Below are positions 1 through 8,967 of a stretch of DNA of 64,000 nucleotides, piece by piece. Numbering within the stretch: the stretch's first letter is position 1; each line of letters opens with the position of its first letter. Made by a program: the position numbers and the translations under genes. The notes under the pieces were generated by a model, which did not search any database, was not told the DNA's origin, and worked only from the letters and a program-made list of their open reading frames with translations. The stretch is from positions 2,653-66,652 of the forward strand of contig JAGQRH010000012.1 of the NCBI GenBank assembly GCA_020425605.1, in the 5' to 3' direction. Origin of the DNA: Planctomycetota bacterium (lineage in GTDB: Bacteria > Planctomycetota > UBA8742 > UBA2392).

Positions 1-162
1 GGACGCGACGGCCCGGTGCAGCTCCTGTTCATTCACATCGCGCGTAAGCGCGCACGCCAGATCGCGCCGATTGCGCGCGAGTGCGATCCTTCCTGCTTCA
101 TCGTCGTCGACGACGTTCGAAGCAGCAGTGTTGGTGCGGGTGGTGCACCGGTCCGGACGTAG
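1..162 (+). CDS. 3' end of an upstream gene (C-terminal fragment; family not recognised)
   Basis: Frame +1 is open from base 1 to TAG at 160-162 (..VQLLFIHIARKRARQIAPIAREC..FIVVDDV..), convergent with the DoxX gene; no motif recognised. Confidence 0.3.
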   Translation, partial: GRDGPVQLLFIHIARKRARQIAPIARECDPSCFIVVDDVRSSSVGAGGAPVRT

Positions 163-597
163 TCAGGCCGCCTTCTTCTTCTCGTGGCGGCGCTTGATTG
201 CCGGCCACACGATTGCATCCACCGAGAACTTGCCCGGTCCTGCAAGCACGATCACCAGGTACATCAGCGCATACGCGATTGCCTTCTCTTTCGTGGCAAA
301 GTCGTCGCTGGCGTGCTGGACGAACGCGGCCGTCATCATCGTGAAGAAGACCGGCGCCGCAGAGATGCGGGTGGCCAGCCCCGCCACCACAAACGCCGCG
401 AGCCCGAACTCCGCCCCTGCGGCCAGCACTAGCGATGGACCGGCACCGATTCCCAATGGGTCGGCAAACGTGAAATCGCCGGCGACAATCTTCTGAACCT
501 TGCCAAGCCCGTGAGACATCATCAGCAAGCCCGCGCCCACGCGCAGAATCAGCAAGCCCAGGCCACGTCCGGCCTTGCGAGTAGCATCATCAAACAT
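163..597 (-). CDS. DoxX-family membrane protein
   Basis: 144 aa, four hydrophobic helices, LLRVGAGLLMMSHGLGK start typical of DoxX; Lys-rich C-terminus. Confidence 0.7.
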   Translation of the reverse strand: MFDDATRKAGRGLGLLILRVGAGLLMMSHGLGKVQKIVAGDFTFADPLGIGAGPSLVLAAGAEFGLAAFVVAGLATRISAAPVFFTMMTAAFVQHASDDFATKEKAIAYALMYLVIVLAGPGKFSVDAIVWPAIKRRHEKKKAA

Positions 598-705
598 CTG
601 GACTCCTTCAGACCTGCAACAACCTGTGGCGGTGCTTCATTCCGGCCCATTTCGCCTGTTTTTGTCTTTTCTCACTGTCCACCATACCTATCTTCGCGGC
701 CTTGA

Positions 706-3255
706 TTGGTGCGGACTTCGGACATGATGAGAATGACAGCGGTGCTGCTCGTCGCGACGGTTGTGGCGTGCGTATGGAACTGTGAGCCGGCCTCGGCTGA
801 TCCACATCAACGCCCCAGTGCGGGCCCGCTCAGCGGCAAACGCATTTTGATCAGCCCCGGCCACGGCTGGACGTGGCAGAACACCAGCAACTTCTGGTAC
901 ACGCAGCGCGGCGTCACGAACGGCGTGGTTGAAGACTTCAGCAACGCGATGCTCGCCATCGACTTCCTCGTTCCCTACCTGGTTAACGCTGGCGCCGACG
1001 TTGTCGTGCCACGCGAGCGCAGCTACCAGGCCGCCGAGTTCATCGGCGACGACGGAGACGGCAACTACTTCGAGACCGGCACCTGGACCCCCAGCAGCAA
1101 CGTGTCCGGCTATTGGGGCAGCGGCTACCGCTGGGCGAACACCAGCGCTACCGAATCGGCCACGGCCGGCTGGAATTTCAGCATCAGCGCCGAAGGGCGC
1201 TACCCGGTCTACGTGCGCTGGACGGCCGGCTCGGATCGCTCAAACAGCACGCTGTATCGAGTCACCCATGCCGGCGGCGTGTCGGAGATCCGCCTTGACC
1301 AGAACCAACACCAGTACACCTGCCCCTACGACAGCATCACAGAGACAGCCGACCAGGGTGGCCGCTGGGTGTTCCTCGGCGAGTGGGAATTCACACCGGG
1401 CAGTGGCGCACGGGTCGAGATCAGCAACGAAACAAACAACGGCAGTGTTGTGGTGGTCGACACGTGCAGGGTCGGCGGTGGCGTCGGCAGCATCGACCGT
1501 GGCGGCGGCACGACCGGCCGTCCGCGCTGGGAGGAATGCTCGCGCTACTATGCCGAGTTCAGTGGACTCCCGAGCAGCGTCTACGATGTCGCCAGCCTCG
1601 ATGACGGCAGCGACAACGTCAGCACACCGCCGCGAACGCTTCTCTGGTGGAAGGACTTCGACCTGGCATTTGCGCTGCACAGCAATGCCAGCGGCGGAAG
1701 CGGCACTGCCCGTGGCACGACAACGTACACCTACGACAACAGCGGCAGCACGCAGCACCCGCAGGCCCTTCTGAACGACAGCGTCGCGTTCGCCACGCTG
1801 GTGCAGAGTGAAGTCGTCAGTGTTTGCAACGGCTGGGCCGGCTCACGCGGCGACACCTGGAACAACCGTGGCCTGAACACTGCGAACTTCGGTGAGGTAC
1901 GCACAAACACCAAAACGCCGAGTTGCCTGCTGGAGTCAGCCTTCCACGACAACGCTCAAGACGCATGGTATCTGCGTCAGCCAGGCTGGCGGCACGATGT
2001 CGCGCGTGCCATCTACAAGGCCATCGTGCGCTACTTCAATTCCGGCGCGATAGTCATCCCGCTTGCTCCGGACCACCTTGCAATGCGCAACACTGGCGCC
2101 GGCGCCGTCAGCATTAGCTGGCAACCAGTCGCCGATCCGCTCGAGTCCAGCGCGACCCCAACAAGCTACCGTGTGTACCTGAGTAATGACGGCTTCTCAT
2201 TCGACGAAGGCCGTAGTGCCAACGGAACGAACAGCCATGTCCTGACGGGCCTTCAGCCCGGCCAGACTGTGTTCGCACGAGTAACGGCGGTCAACTCGGG
2301 CGGCGAGAGCCTGTGGAGTGAGATGACATGCGCCCGCACCCCTGATGCTCAGGCGCAGGGGCTGAGCACTCCTCTTCTGCTGGTGTCCGGCTATGACAGG
2401 CTGGATGAGTACACCTGGTACCAACAGGGCGCAACCAACCAGGACGGCGACATGCACGTCCGGAATCGTCGGGATTCGCTTAGGCGTCACGCGCTCGCCG
2501 CGGCGCAGGCGACTACGACGTCCGGCGGAAGCTACTTCTTTGACTCGGCCAGCAACGAGGCAGTCGAGGGCGGCAGTGTCGCGCTGACCGGCTACCAGCT
2601 CGTTGATTGGGTGCTGGGCAACGAAAGCACTGTCGATGAAACGTTCTCGGCCACAGAACAGGCAGTCGTCAGCGCCTATCTTGCGGCCGGCGGGCATCTG
2701 TTCGTAAGCGGCGCCGAAATTGGCTGGGACCTCGACGCCCAGGGTATCGCTACCGACCGGGCGTTCTTCAACGGCCCGCTCGCGACCAACTACGTCGCCG
2801 ACGCGAGCAACGACTACAGCGTTGATGCGGTATCCGGCGGGCTGTTTGACGGCCTGCCCTCGTTCACGTTCGACGATGGATCCGGCAGCGCCTACACGGT
2901 CAGCTATCCGGACGTGATTGAGCCCGCCGCGGGAGCGACTTCAAATGCGGTGCTGGAATACTCGTCGGGCGTGACTGCCGGCGTTGCAGACAGCAGCGTG
3001 GTCGTGCTGGGCTTCCCGTTCGAAACCATCAACCAGGCAAGTGCGCGCGACGCATTCATGCAACGGACGCTCAGGGCACTGGCTCCCAACTACACCGGCT
3101 TGAACCCCACCCCGGGTGGAGGCTCGACGGGGAGCGGCAACGGCAATGACAACTCCGGATGCGCCGTCGCTGCGGGCGGCCTGGCCCCCCTGCTGCTGTG
3201 GATGATCGTCGCCGTCTGGCTGCGTCGGAAGCGCAAACGCGCCCGGCAAGTTTAG
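706..3255 (+). CDS. Secreted multidomain N-acetylmuramoyl-L-alanine amidase (Amidase_3 with large insertion) + fibronectin type III domain + C-terminal alpha/beta domain + MYXO-CTERM-like sorting tail
   Basis: Signal peptide; Amidase_3 motifs ISPGHGW .. FALHSNA .. LLESAFHDN; FN3-like segment (SISWQPV..YRVYLSNDG..VTAVNSGGES); C-terminus SGCAVAAGGLAPLLLWMIVAVWLRRKRKRARQV (GC motif, TM helix, basic cluster). Confidence 0.75.
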   Translation: MVRTSDMMRMTAVLLVATVVACVWNCEPASADPHQRPSAGPLSGKRILISPGHGWTWQNTSNFWYTQRGVTNGVVEDFSNAMLAIDFLVPYLVNAGADVVVPRERSYQAAEFIGDDGDGNYFETGTWTPSSNVSGYWGSGYRWANTSATESATAGWNFSISAEGRYPVYVRWTAGSDRSNSTLYRVTHAGGVSEIRLDQNQHQYTCPYDSITETADQGGRWVFLGEWEFTPGSGARVEISNETNNGSVVVVDTCRVGGGVGSIDRGGGTTGRPRWEECSRYYAEFSGLPSSVYDVASLDDGSDNVSTPPRTLLWWKDFDLAFALHSNASGGSGTARGTTTYTYDNSGSTQHPQALLNDSVAFATLVQSEVVSVCNGWAGSRGDTWNNRGLNTANFGEVRTNTKTPSCLLESAFHDNAQDAWYLRQPGWRHDVARAIYKAIVRYFNSGAIVIPLAPDHLAMRNTGAGAVSISWQPVADPLESSATPTSYRVYLSNDGFSFDEGRSANGTNSHVLTGLQPGQTVFARVTAVNSGGESLWSEMTCARTPDAQAQGLSTPLLLVSGYDRLDEYTWYQQGATNQDGDMHVRNRRDSLRRHALAAAQATTTSGGSYFFDSASNEAVEGGSVALTGYQLVDWVLGNESTVDETFSATEQAVVSAYLAAGGHLFVSGAEIGWDLDAQGIATDRAFFNGPLATNYVADASNDYSVDAVSGGLFDGLPSFTFDDGSGSAYTVSYPDVIEPAAGATSNAVLEYSSGVTAGVADSSVVVLGFPFETINQASARDAFMQRTLRALAPNYTGLNPTPGGGSTGSGNGNDNSGCAVAAGGLAPLLLWMIVAVWLRRKRKRARQV

Positions 3256-4028
3256 TCGGCGTTCGGGTCTTCTGGCGGAGCCGAGGGCGCTCGTTCAGAC
3301 GGTTCTTCGCCGTAGTCAATCGGCGGTCCGATCAGGATCTCGCCGGCATCGTTCTGCTCGATGCTGATTTCGTGCTGCTTGACCATTTCAAGCAACGCAA
3401 GAAAGTTGCCGATTACATCCGACTTGTCTTTTCTGGCCCCCACCAGCGCTTCGAAATCGACCTTCCCGTGCTCCTTGAGCTGGGCGAGAATCAGGTCGAT
3501 GTAGTAGCGAACCGGCTTCTCAGTCAAGTCGATCAAGTGCGGGCGCGGTGCGGCGACTTCGCCATACAACCGATGAAACACCCTGTAGAGGTCTACAACG
3601 CTGAAATCTTCGAGGAACGTGTCGTTGTCGGTCTCAGGTACATCGGCCTGCAGAGTGCCGCCGGGTCTGCCGTGGCGACGTGCCTGGTTGTCATAGCGCT
3701 CACCAAGCAACGTGGCCATATCACGGATGCGCTTGTATTCGAGAAGCTGCCGCACGAGCCGCGCACGCTCATCTTCAGCACCTTTGCGTTCTTCAGAGCG
3801 CGCCAGCACCAGCTCGGATTTCAACTTGAGCAGCGTGGCAGCCATGCTCAGGAATTCGCCCGCGTACTCGAGGTCGATGGTCTCCATCTTCTCAAGTTCG
3901 ACGATGTACTGTTCAGCAATTTCGGCGACGGGCAGGTCGTAGATGTCCACTTCGGCCCGCCGACACAAGTACAACAGCAGGTCCAGCGGACCCGTGTAAA
4001 CCTGCGTCTGTACGCGCACCTCACTCAT
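3252..4028 (-). CDS. scpA: Segregation and condensation protein A
   Basis: 258 aa; N-terminal VYTGPLDLLLYLCRRAEVDIYDLPVAEIAEQY typical of ScpA; start overlaps the M50 stop (TAATG). Confidence 0.85.
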   Translation of the reverse strand: MSEVRVQTQVYTGPLDLLLYLCRRAEVDIYDLPVAEIAEQYIVELEKMETIDLEYAGEFLSMAATLLKLKSELVLARSEERKGAEDERARLVRQLLEYKRIRDMATLLGERYDNQARRHGRPGGTLQADVPETDNDTFLEDFSVVDLYRVFHRLYGEVAAPRPHLIDLTEKPVRYYIDLILAQLKEHGKVDFEALVGARKDKSDVIGNFLALLEMVKQHEISIEQNDAGEILIGPPIDYGEEPSERAPSAPPEDPNAD

Positions 4029-4765
4029 TAGCCCACCAGTTTCGCAATTGCTTGAGGCACATCCACTGCAAAGAAAATGAAGAGCAACTGAATTGGCTTA
4101 TCCAGAACATACCAAGCCAGCACGAAGAAGATCATCAACCCATATGGCCGCAGCTGGTCAAAAACATGCCGTGCCCGGTCGTTGAGGAAGTAATAGAGCA
4201 CGTTTCCTCCATCCACGCCGGGTACCGGAAGCAGATTGATGACGCCCAAGAGCATGTTGACAAGCATCATGCGATAGGCGAGGGCAGCCAACAAAGCGAG
4301 TGGAAGTGTTGTCCCTTCTTTCACGAAATCGAAGGGAAGTAGGCTCAGAGTGCCATCGCCACGAAACACAAGGAAGATTGCAAGCGCTAGAATAAGCCCT
4401 CCGGCTATTGCGCCTACGAGATTGCCGCCGGGGCCAGCCAAGCTGACGATCGCCTGATCACGCAATGGATGCCGCATCTTGCTGGGGTTCACCGGCACCC
4501 AGGCGAAGCCAAGCGGCCACCCCATCGTGAAAACTGTGATCACCGGCAGGCCCACGGTGGCGAACAGATTGAATCTATTCTTGACGTCGATGTGCCGAAT
4601 CGGATTGATCGATCGTTTGCCCAATAGGTAAGCGGTGTCGTCGCCGCGCCACCATGCCATCCAGGCATGTCCTCCTTCGTGCAGCCCGATCGTGAGGAAC
4701 CAGCACATAAGCCACAGCACGGCGCTGGTCATGTCGACTCGCAGGCTGATGGCCAAGAAGTTCAT
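4028..4765 (-). CDS. Site-2 protease family zinc metalloprotease (peptidase M50)
   Basis: HEGGH (HExxH) in a TM helix plus downstream NLLPVPGVDGG (LDG) motif; polytopic; ATG at 4765 chosen because it overlaps the dapF stop (ATGA); the ORF track extends to 4837. Confidence 0.75.
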   Translation of the reverse strand: MNFLAISLRVDMTSAVLWLMCWFLTIGLHEGGHAWMAWWRGDDTAYLLGKRSINPIRHIDVKNRFNLFATVGLPVITVFTMGWPLGFAWVPVNPSKMRHPLRDQAIVSLAGPGGNLVGAIAGGLILALAIFLVFRGDGTLSLLPFDFVKEGTTLPLALLAALAYRMMLVNMLLGVINLLPVPGVDGGNVLYYFLNDRARHVFDQLRPYGLMIFFVLAWYVLDKPIQLLFIFFAVDVPQAIAKLVG

Positions 4766-5628
4766 CGCGCCCAGACTCCCGAGAACACTTCGCGCGCGGG
4801 GCCGGTTTTGTAGACGTGGCCGTCCTGTTCGTTCCACTCCATATCGAGGTCGCCGCCGAGCAGCCTTATCTTCATCTTGCGGTCCGTCAGGCCGTTCTGG
4901 ACGGCCGCCACGCAGACTGCACTGGCACCCGTGCCGCAGGCCAGCGTCTCGCCCGCGCCGCGTTCCCAGGTGCGCTGGTGCAACAGCTTGGCGCTTTCCC
5001 GGTAAACGAACTCCACGTTCGTGCGGTTCGGGAACAGCGGGTGATGCTCGATCAGAGGTCCGATTGTATGCACCAGCTCATCGCTTGCGGGCTTGTCCAC
5101 GAAGATCACGCAGTGCGGGTTGCCCATGCCCACACATGTCATTCGCAATTTGTGGCCGCCCACTTCCAGCGGCTCATCAATCACCATCTCGCCGGCCGGG
5201 CCGGTCATCGGAATGGCCGAGCGCAGCAGCCGCGGCTTGCCCATGTTGACCCGGATCTTGTTTGCGACGTGCTTGCCCTTGGCCGGAATGATGTTCACGT
5301 GCAGCACACCCGCCCCGGTCTCGATCGGGAACTCCTCCTTGCGCTCAAGGTTGCGGTCGTAGAGGTATTTCGCGACGCAACGCAGCCCGTTTCCACACAT
5401 CTCGGACTCGCTGCCGTCACTGTTGAACATCTGCATGCGATGCTTCACGCCCTTCAGCCTGCTGGTGCGAATCAGGATCAGCCCGTCGCTGCCAACGCCG
5501 AAATGCCGGTCGCTCATGGCAATCGCAAGTTTCCTGAGCCCCCCCGGCGCAGACTTGCGGGCATCGACATACACGTAGTCGTTGCCGATTCCCTCCATCT
5601 TCACGAATGGGATGCCGCGATTGCTCAT
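4762..5628 (-). CDS. dapF: Diaminopimelate epimerase
   Basis: 288 aa; GIGNDYVYVD, FNSDGSESEMCGNGLRC and second Cys motif GTGASAVCVAA. Confidence 0.9.
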   Translation of the reverse strand: MSNRGIPFVKMEGIGNDYVYVDARKSAPGGLRKLAIAMSDRHFGVGSDGLILIRTSRLKGVKHRMQMFNSDGSESEMCGNGLRCVAKYLYDRNLERKEEFPIETGAGVLHVNIIPAKGKHVANKIRVNMGKPRLLRSAIPMTGPAGEMVIDEPLEVGGHKLRMTCVGMGNPHCVIFVDKPASDELVHTIGPLIEHHPLFPNRTNVEFVYRESAKLLHQRTWERGAGETLACGTGASAVCVAAVQNGLTDRKMKIRLLGGDLDMEWNEQDGHVYKTGPAREVFSGVWAR

Positions 5629-6092
5629 TCCTTCTCCGGTCGCTTGGTTTCCAGGTTTGGCAGCGGCTCCACGCTTCCGTCGAACTCGTAGCCGCCTTCG
5701 CAGCGCACTTTCACACTGCCGTTCAGCTGCTCATCAAGCTTGCAGGTCCCCTCAAGAACCCGAAACCACTGGGCGTTTTGCTCGTAGTAGGCACGCTGCT
5801 CGAAGTCCGGCAGAACTACGCGCTTCAGCCGGCCGTTCGTTACCGAGCCATCGTCGGCCAATTCAAGGTACAGCGTGTTGACGACGTAGTAGTTGCCGGT
5901 CTCGGCATCCGCGTAGCCAACGAGCTTGGTACTACGGTGTTCACCCTCGACCCAGCTGGCTCGGAAGGTGTCTCCGTCTTCCTTGACCTGGAGCGTCCAG
6001 CCTTCGCCGTACTCCTCAAGCCGGAAGTAGGCCTCGCCGCCACCGCAACCGGCCAGGACCAACAGCAACATGAACGCGATCATGTACTTCAT
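5625..6092 (-). CDS. Lipoprotein of unknown function
   Basis: Lipobox LLLVLAGCGGG after signal peptide; start overlaps dapF (ATGA). Confidence 0.6.
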   Translation of the reverse strand: MKYMIAFMLLLVLAGCGGGEAYFRLEEYGEGWTLQVKEDGDTFRASWVEGEHRSTKLVGYADAETGNYYVVNTLYLELADDGSVTNGRLKRVVLPDFEQRAYYEQNAQWFRVLEGTCKLDEQLNGSVKVRCEGGYEFDGSVEPLPNLETKRPEKE

Positions 6093-6124
6093 GCGAGCCT
6101 CCGACGCGATTGTAGACGCCCTTG

Positions 6125-6159
6125 CCCCAACGGAAAGAGGCGCGTCCGCGACGCGCCTC
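6125..6159 (-). terminator. Rho-independent terminator downstream of fabF
   Basis: GC stem GAGGCGCGTC-GCG-GACGCGCCTC followed by a U-rich stretch (UUUCCGUUGG) on the minus-strand transcript. Confidence 0.55.
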
Positions 6160-6182
6160 CATATCGCTTTCCCAAGTTATCG

Positions 6183-7442
6183 CTACTCCCTGAACTTGCG
6201 AAGCGCGACGGTCGCGTTGTGCCCACCGAAGCCGAAGCTGTTCGACAGGGCCAGTTCAACATCCGCGCTGCGGCCTTCATGCGGCACGTAATCCAGATCG
6301 CAATCCGGATCAGGCACGGTGAGATTGCGAGTCGGCGGCACGATGCCTTCCTTGATGGCGAGGGCGGTCGCGACAAGCTCAACCGCACCGCTGGCACCCA
6401 GCAGGTGGCCGATCATGCTCTTGGTGCTGCTGATCAAGAGCTTGCGGGCGTGATCGCCGAACGCCTTCTTCATGGCGAGCGTCTCGGTCTTGTCGTTGTA
6501 TTCGGTGCTGGTGCCGTGGGCGTTGATGTACGTTACGTCTTCAGGCTTGGCGCCGGCGTCCTTGACCGCGTTCTGCATGGAACGCATGGCACCGTCGCCG
6601 TCTTCACTGGGCGAGGTCATGTGGTAGGCGTCGTCGGTCATGCCGAAACCCGCAACCTCGGCGTAGATCTTGGCACCGCGGGCCTTGGCATGCTCAAGCT
6701 CTTCGAATACGAGCGTCCCGGCGCCTTCGCCCATGACGAAGCCGTCGCGTTCCTTGTCGAATGGGCGGCTGGCCTTGTCGGGCTCATCGTTGCGCTGGCT
6801 GAGGGCACGCGCGGAGCAAAATCCCGCCATGCCAAGCACGGTGCAGGCCGCCTCGCTGCCGCCTGCAAGGACGATGTCTGCATCGCCGTACTGTATCGTA
6901 CGCAGCGCCATGCCGAGCGCATGGTTCGCCGAGGCGCAGGCGCTGGCCGTGGCAAAGTTCGGGCCCTTGAGCCCGAACCGGATCGCGACGTTGCCCGCGG
7001 GTGCGTTCAGCATCATTTTGGGCACAAACAGCGGCTTGATTCGATTCGCGTGCCGGGTGATCAGCGTGTGGTTGCCATCGTAGATCTCTTCCAGGCCGCC
7101 GATGCCGGAGCCGATGATTACACCAATTCGGGTGCGATCTTCCTTGTCGAGATCGAGCGCGGAATCCTTGAGCGCTTCCTGGGCCGACACCACCGCGAAA
7201 TGGACAACCGGGTCCGTCTGGCGGGCATACTTGCGGTCGCCGCCCAGGGCCTCGGTCGCGTCAAAGTTCTTTACGCGCCCGGCGATGGTCGTCGTCAGCT
7301 CGGCCGTCTTGAAGTCTTCGCAGACATCAATGCCGTTGGCACCGCGCAGTGCGGCCTGCCAAAAAGTAGGTACGTCGTTGCCGATGGCGCTTATGGCGCC
7401 CAGGCCTGTGATCACGACACGACGACGCGAATTCTGAGACAT
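6183..7442 (-). CDS. fabF: 3-oxoacyl-ACP synthase II
   Basis: 419 aa; VVITGLGAISAIGN N-terminus, active-site Cys region, KSMIGHLLGASG and GFGGHNATV C-terminal motifs. Confidence 0.95.
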   Translation of the reverse strand: MSQNSRRRVVITGLGAISAIGNDVPTFWQAALRGANGIDVCEDFKTAELTTTIAGRVKNFDATEALGGDRKYARQTDPVVHFAVVSAQEALKDSALDLDKEDRTRIGVIIGSGIGGLEEIYDGNHTLITRHANRIKPLFVPKMMLNAPAGNVAIRFGLKGPNFATASACASANHALGMALRTIQYGDADIVLAGGSEAACTVLGMAGFCSARALSQRNDEPDKASRPFDKERDGFVMGEGAGTLVFEELEHAKARGAKIYAEVAGFGMTDDAYHMTSPSEDGDGAMRSMQNAVKDAGAKPEDVTYINAHGTSTEYNDKTETLAMKKAFGDHARKLLISSTKSMIGHLLGASGAVELVATALAIKEGIVPPTRNLTVPDPDCDLDYVPHEGRSADVELALSNSFGFGGHNATVALRKFRE

Positions 7443-7548
7443 TAGAGCTTCCCTGTGTGTCTGGTCTGCCCCTCAAACACGCTGGGCAAGCGACGCGCGC
7501 CCTGCGAAGAGGCGCATAGCCGCTTGCCCGGACCTTCTCTGCAGGCAA

Positions 7549-7803
7549 CTACGCCTTGCTTGCGGTCTTTTCTTCGATGTACTTGACCGCATCTCCCACG
7601 GTCTGGATTTTCTCGGCGTCTTCGTCCGGAATGTTCAGCTCAAACTCGTCTTCGAATTCCATGACGAGCTCAACCGTATCCAGACTGTCGGCTCCGAGGT
7701 CATTCACGAACGAGGTCTCGAGCGTCACCTTGTCGCGGCTGACACCCATCTGGTCGCAAACGATCTGCTTTACCGACTCTTCGATCTCTTCCCGTGTGGG
7801 CAC
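7549..7803 (-). CDS. acpP: Acyl carrier protein
   Basis: [16 protein letters not shown] phosphopantetheine-attachment motif; GTG start at 7803 preceded by RBS GAAAGGAAG; the ORF track's longer 5' extension is rejected. Confidence 0.9.
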   Translation of the reverse strand: MPTREEIEESVKQIVCDQMGVSRDKVTLETSFVNDLGADSLDTVELVMEFEDEFELNIPDEDAEKIQTVGDAVKYIEEKTASKA

Positions 7804-7946
7804 GCTGTTCTTCCTTTCTCGCGCACGGGCAAAGGGCCCGCAGCTACTTCCATAACAACCGAAGCGCCCCACCAGCGGCGCAACGGGGCGGGAGTTTAGC
7901 GACCGAATTCAGCCGCTGCAAGCTCCCCCGGGTAGTGTATCGGCCG

Positions 7947-8351
7947 CTAATTTGGCCGCTGGGACAACTCTGTCAAGACCCCATGACTCTGCTTCGGGTG
8001 GAAGAAATTCACCCGGCAGCCACCCGCGCCATCATGGGGTTCCGGCCACAACGGCTCAAATCCCCTGTCAATCATGCGCTTCGTGGCCATTTCAATGTCC
8101 TCAACCGCGTAGCACAGGTGATGCATGCCCGGCCCGCGCTTTTCAATAAACCGGCCGATTGCTGAATGGGGGCTCGTGGGCTCCAGCAATTCAATATGCG
8201 CACCAGGCGGAAGAACCAGCTTCAGCACAAGCACCTTTTCGCCGGCGACTTCCTCAATCTCCGGCTCGGACTCCAGGCCAAGTCCCTGCTCATAAAAGCC
8301 GCGGGCGTCGGCGATACTCTTTACCGCGATGCCTATGTGGTCTAGCTTCAT
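7947..8351 (-). CDS. mce: Methylmalonyl-CoA epimerase (glyoxalase/VOC family)
   Basis: 134 aa VOC fold; MKLDHIGIAVKSI ..HHLCYAVEDI ..GCRVNFFHPK pattern of methylmalonyl-CoA epimerases. Confidence 0.75.
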   Translation of the reverse strand: MKLDHIGIAVKSIADARGFYEQGLGLESEPEIEEVAGEKVLVLKLVLPPGAHIELLEPTSPHSAIGRFIEKRGPGMHHLCYAVEDIEMATKRMIDRGFEPLWPEPHDGAGGCRVNFFHPKQSHGVLTELSQRPN

Positions 8352-8375
8352 CGCTTCCTCAACGACCAGAGTCTG

Positions 8376-8948
8376 CTAGAGGCCCATCGAGTCCTGCAGG
8401 ACCATCGCCGCGCAGGCCCCGCCCAGCACCTTGTTGATTCCGGCCATACGCTGCGTCACTTCCTCGCGCACGTGCGCGGGTAACGCAACGCCGCCCTGGT
8501 TGTTCAGGAACAGCAGCAGCCCGTGATAGCTGACGGTAGGCAGCACCTTCTTGATCAGGAAATCGCGGATCGACTTGAAGCCGGCGTCGTTGATCTTCTT
8601 CTTCAGATCATTGACCAGGTTGCCGCCGTCCAGCTTCAAGTCCTTACCGACCACGGCCTCAAGTGCCTTGTAATGCTCTTCAAATCGGGGCAGCCAGACC
8701 TCCAGATGCTGCGTCAAAAGCAATGCGCGGGCCTGTTTCTGCAGGATTTCCACGGCCTGGTTCATTCGCTCATGCCGCTGCCCGATGATCAGCGCACCGA
8801 TCTGACTGCAGGTCTCAATCAGGGCCTTGCGGTCCTTGAGCGTTGAATCAAGCGACACCGTGGGCCTTGAAGGCACGGCTTCGTTGATCTTGCCCGTCTT
8901 CTTGTTGTGTCCCGACTTGCGGGTCTTGCCCGTCTTGCTCGATGCCAT
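8376..8948 (-). CDS. Hypothetical protein (orphan between mutase and epimerase)
   Basis: 190 aa from MASSKTGKTRK; predicted helical; the longer track ORF would overlap the mutase C-terminus by 148 nt; no recognisable motif. Confidence 0.5.
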   Translation of the reverse strand: MASSKTGKTRKSGHNKKTGKINEAVPSRPTVSLDSTLKDRKALIETCSQIGALIIGQRHERMNQAVEILQKQARALLLTQHLEVWLPRFEEHYKALEAVVGKDLKLDGGNLVNDLKKKINDAGFKSIRDFLIKKVLPTVSYHGLLLFLNNQGGVALPAHVREEVTQRMAGINKVLGGACAAMVLQDSMGL

Positions 8949-8967
8949 GCCCAGTCCTGATTTTTGT

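Noticed and set aside
929-1774. Large alternative-frame ORFs (e.g. 929-1774, 5607-7445, 14003-15253, 26255-27151, 39389-40594, 40917-42134, 46298-47194, 61383-62525)
   Set aside because: They lie antisense or out-of-frame inside genes with strong homology-based identity, have Arg/Ala/Pro-rich composition typical of spurious high-GC ORFs, and have no motifs.
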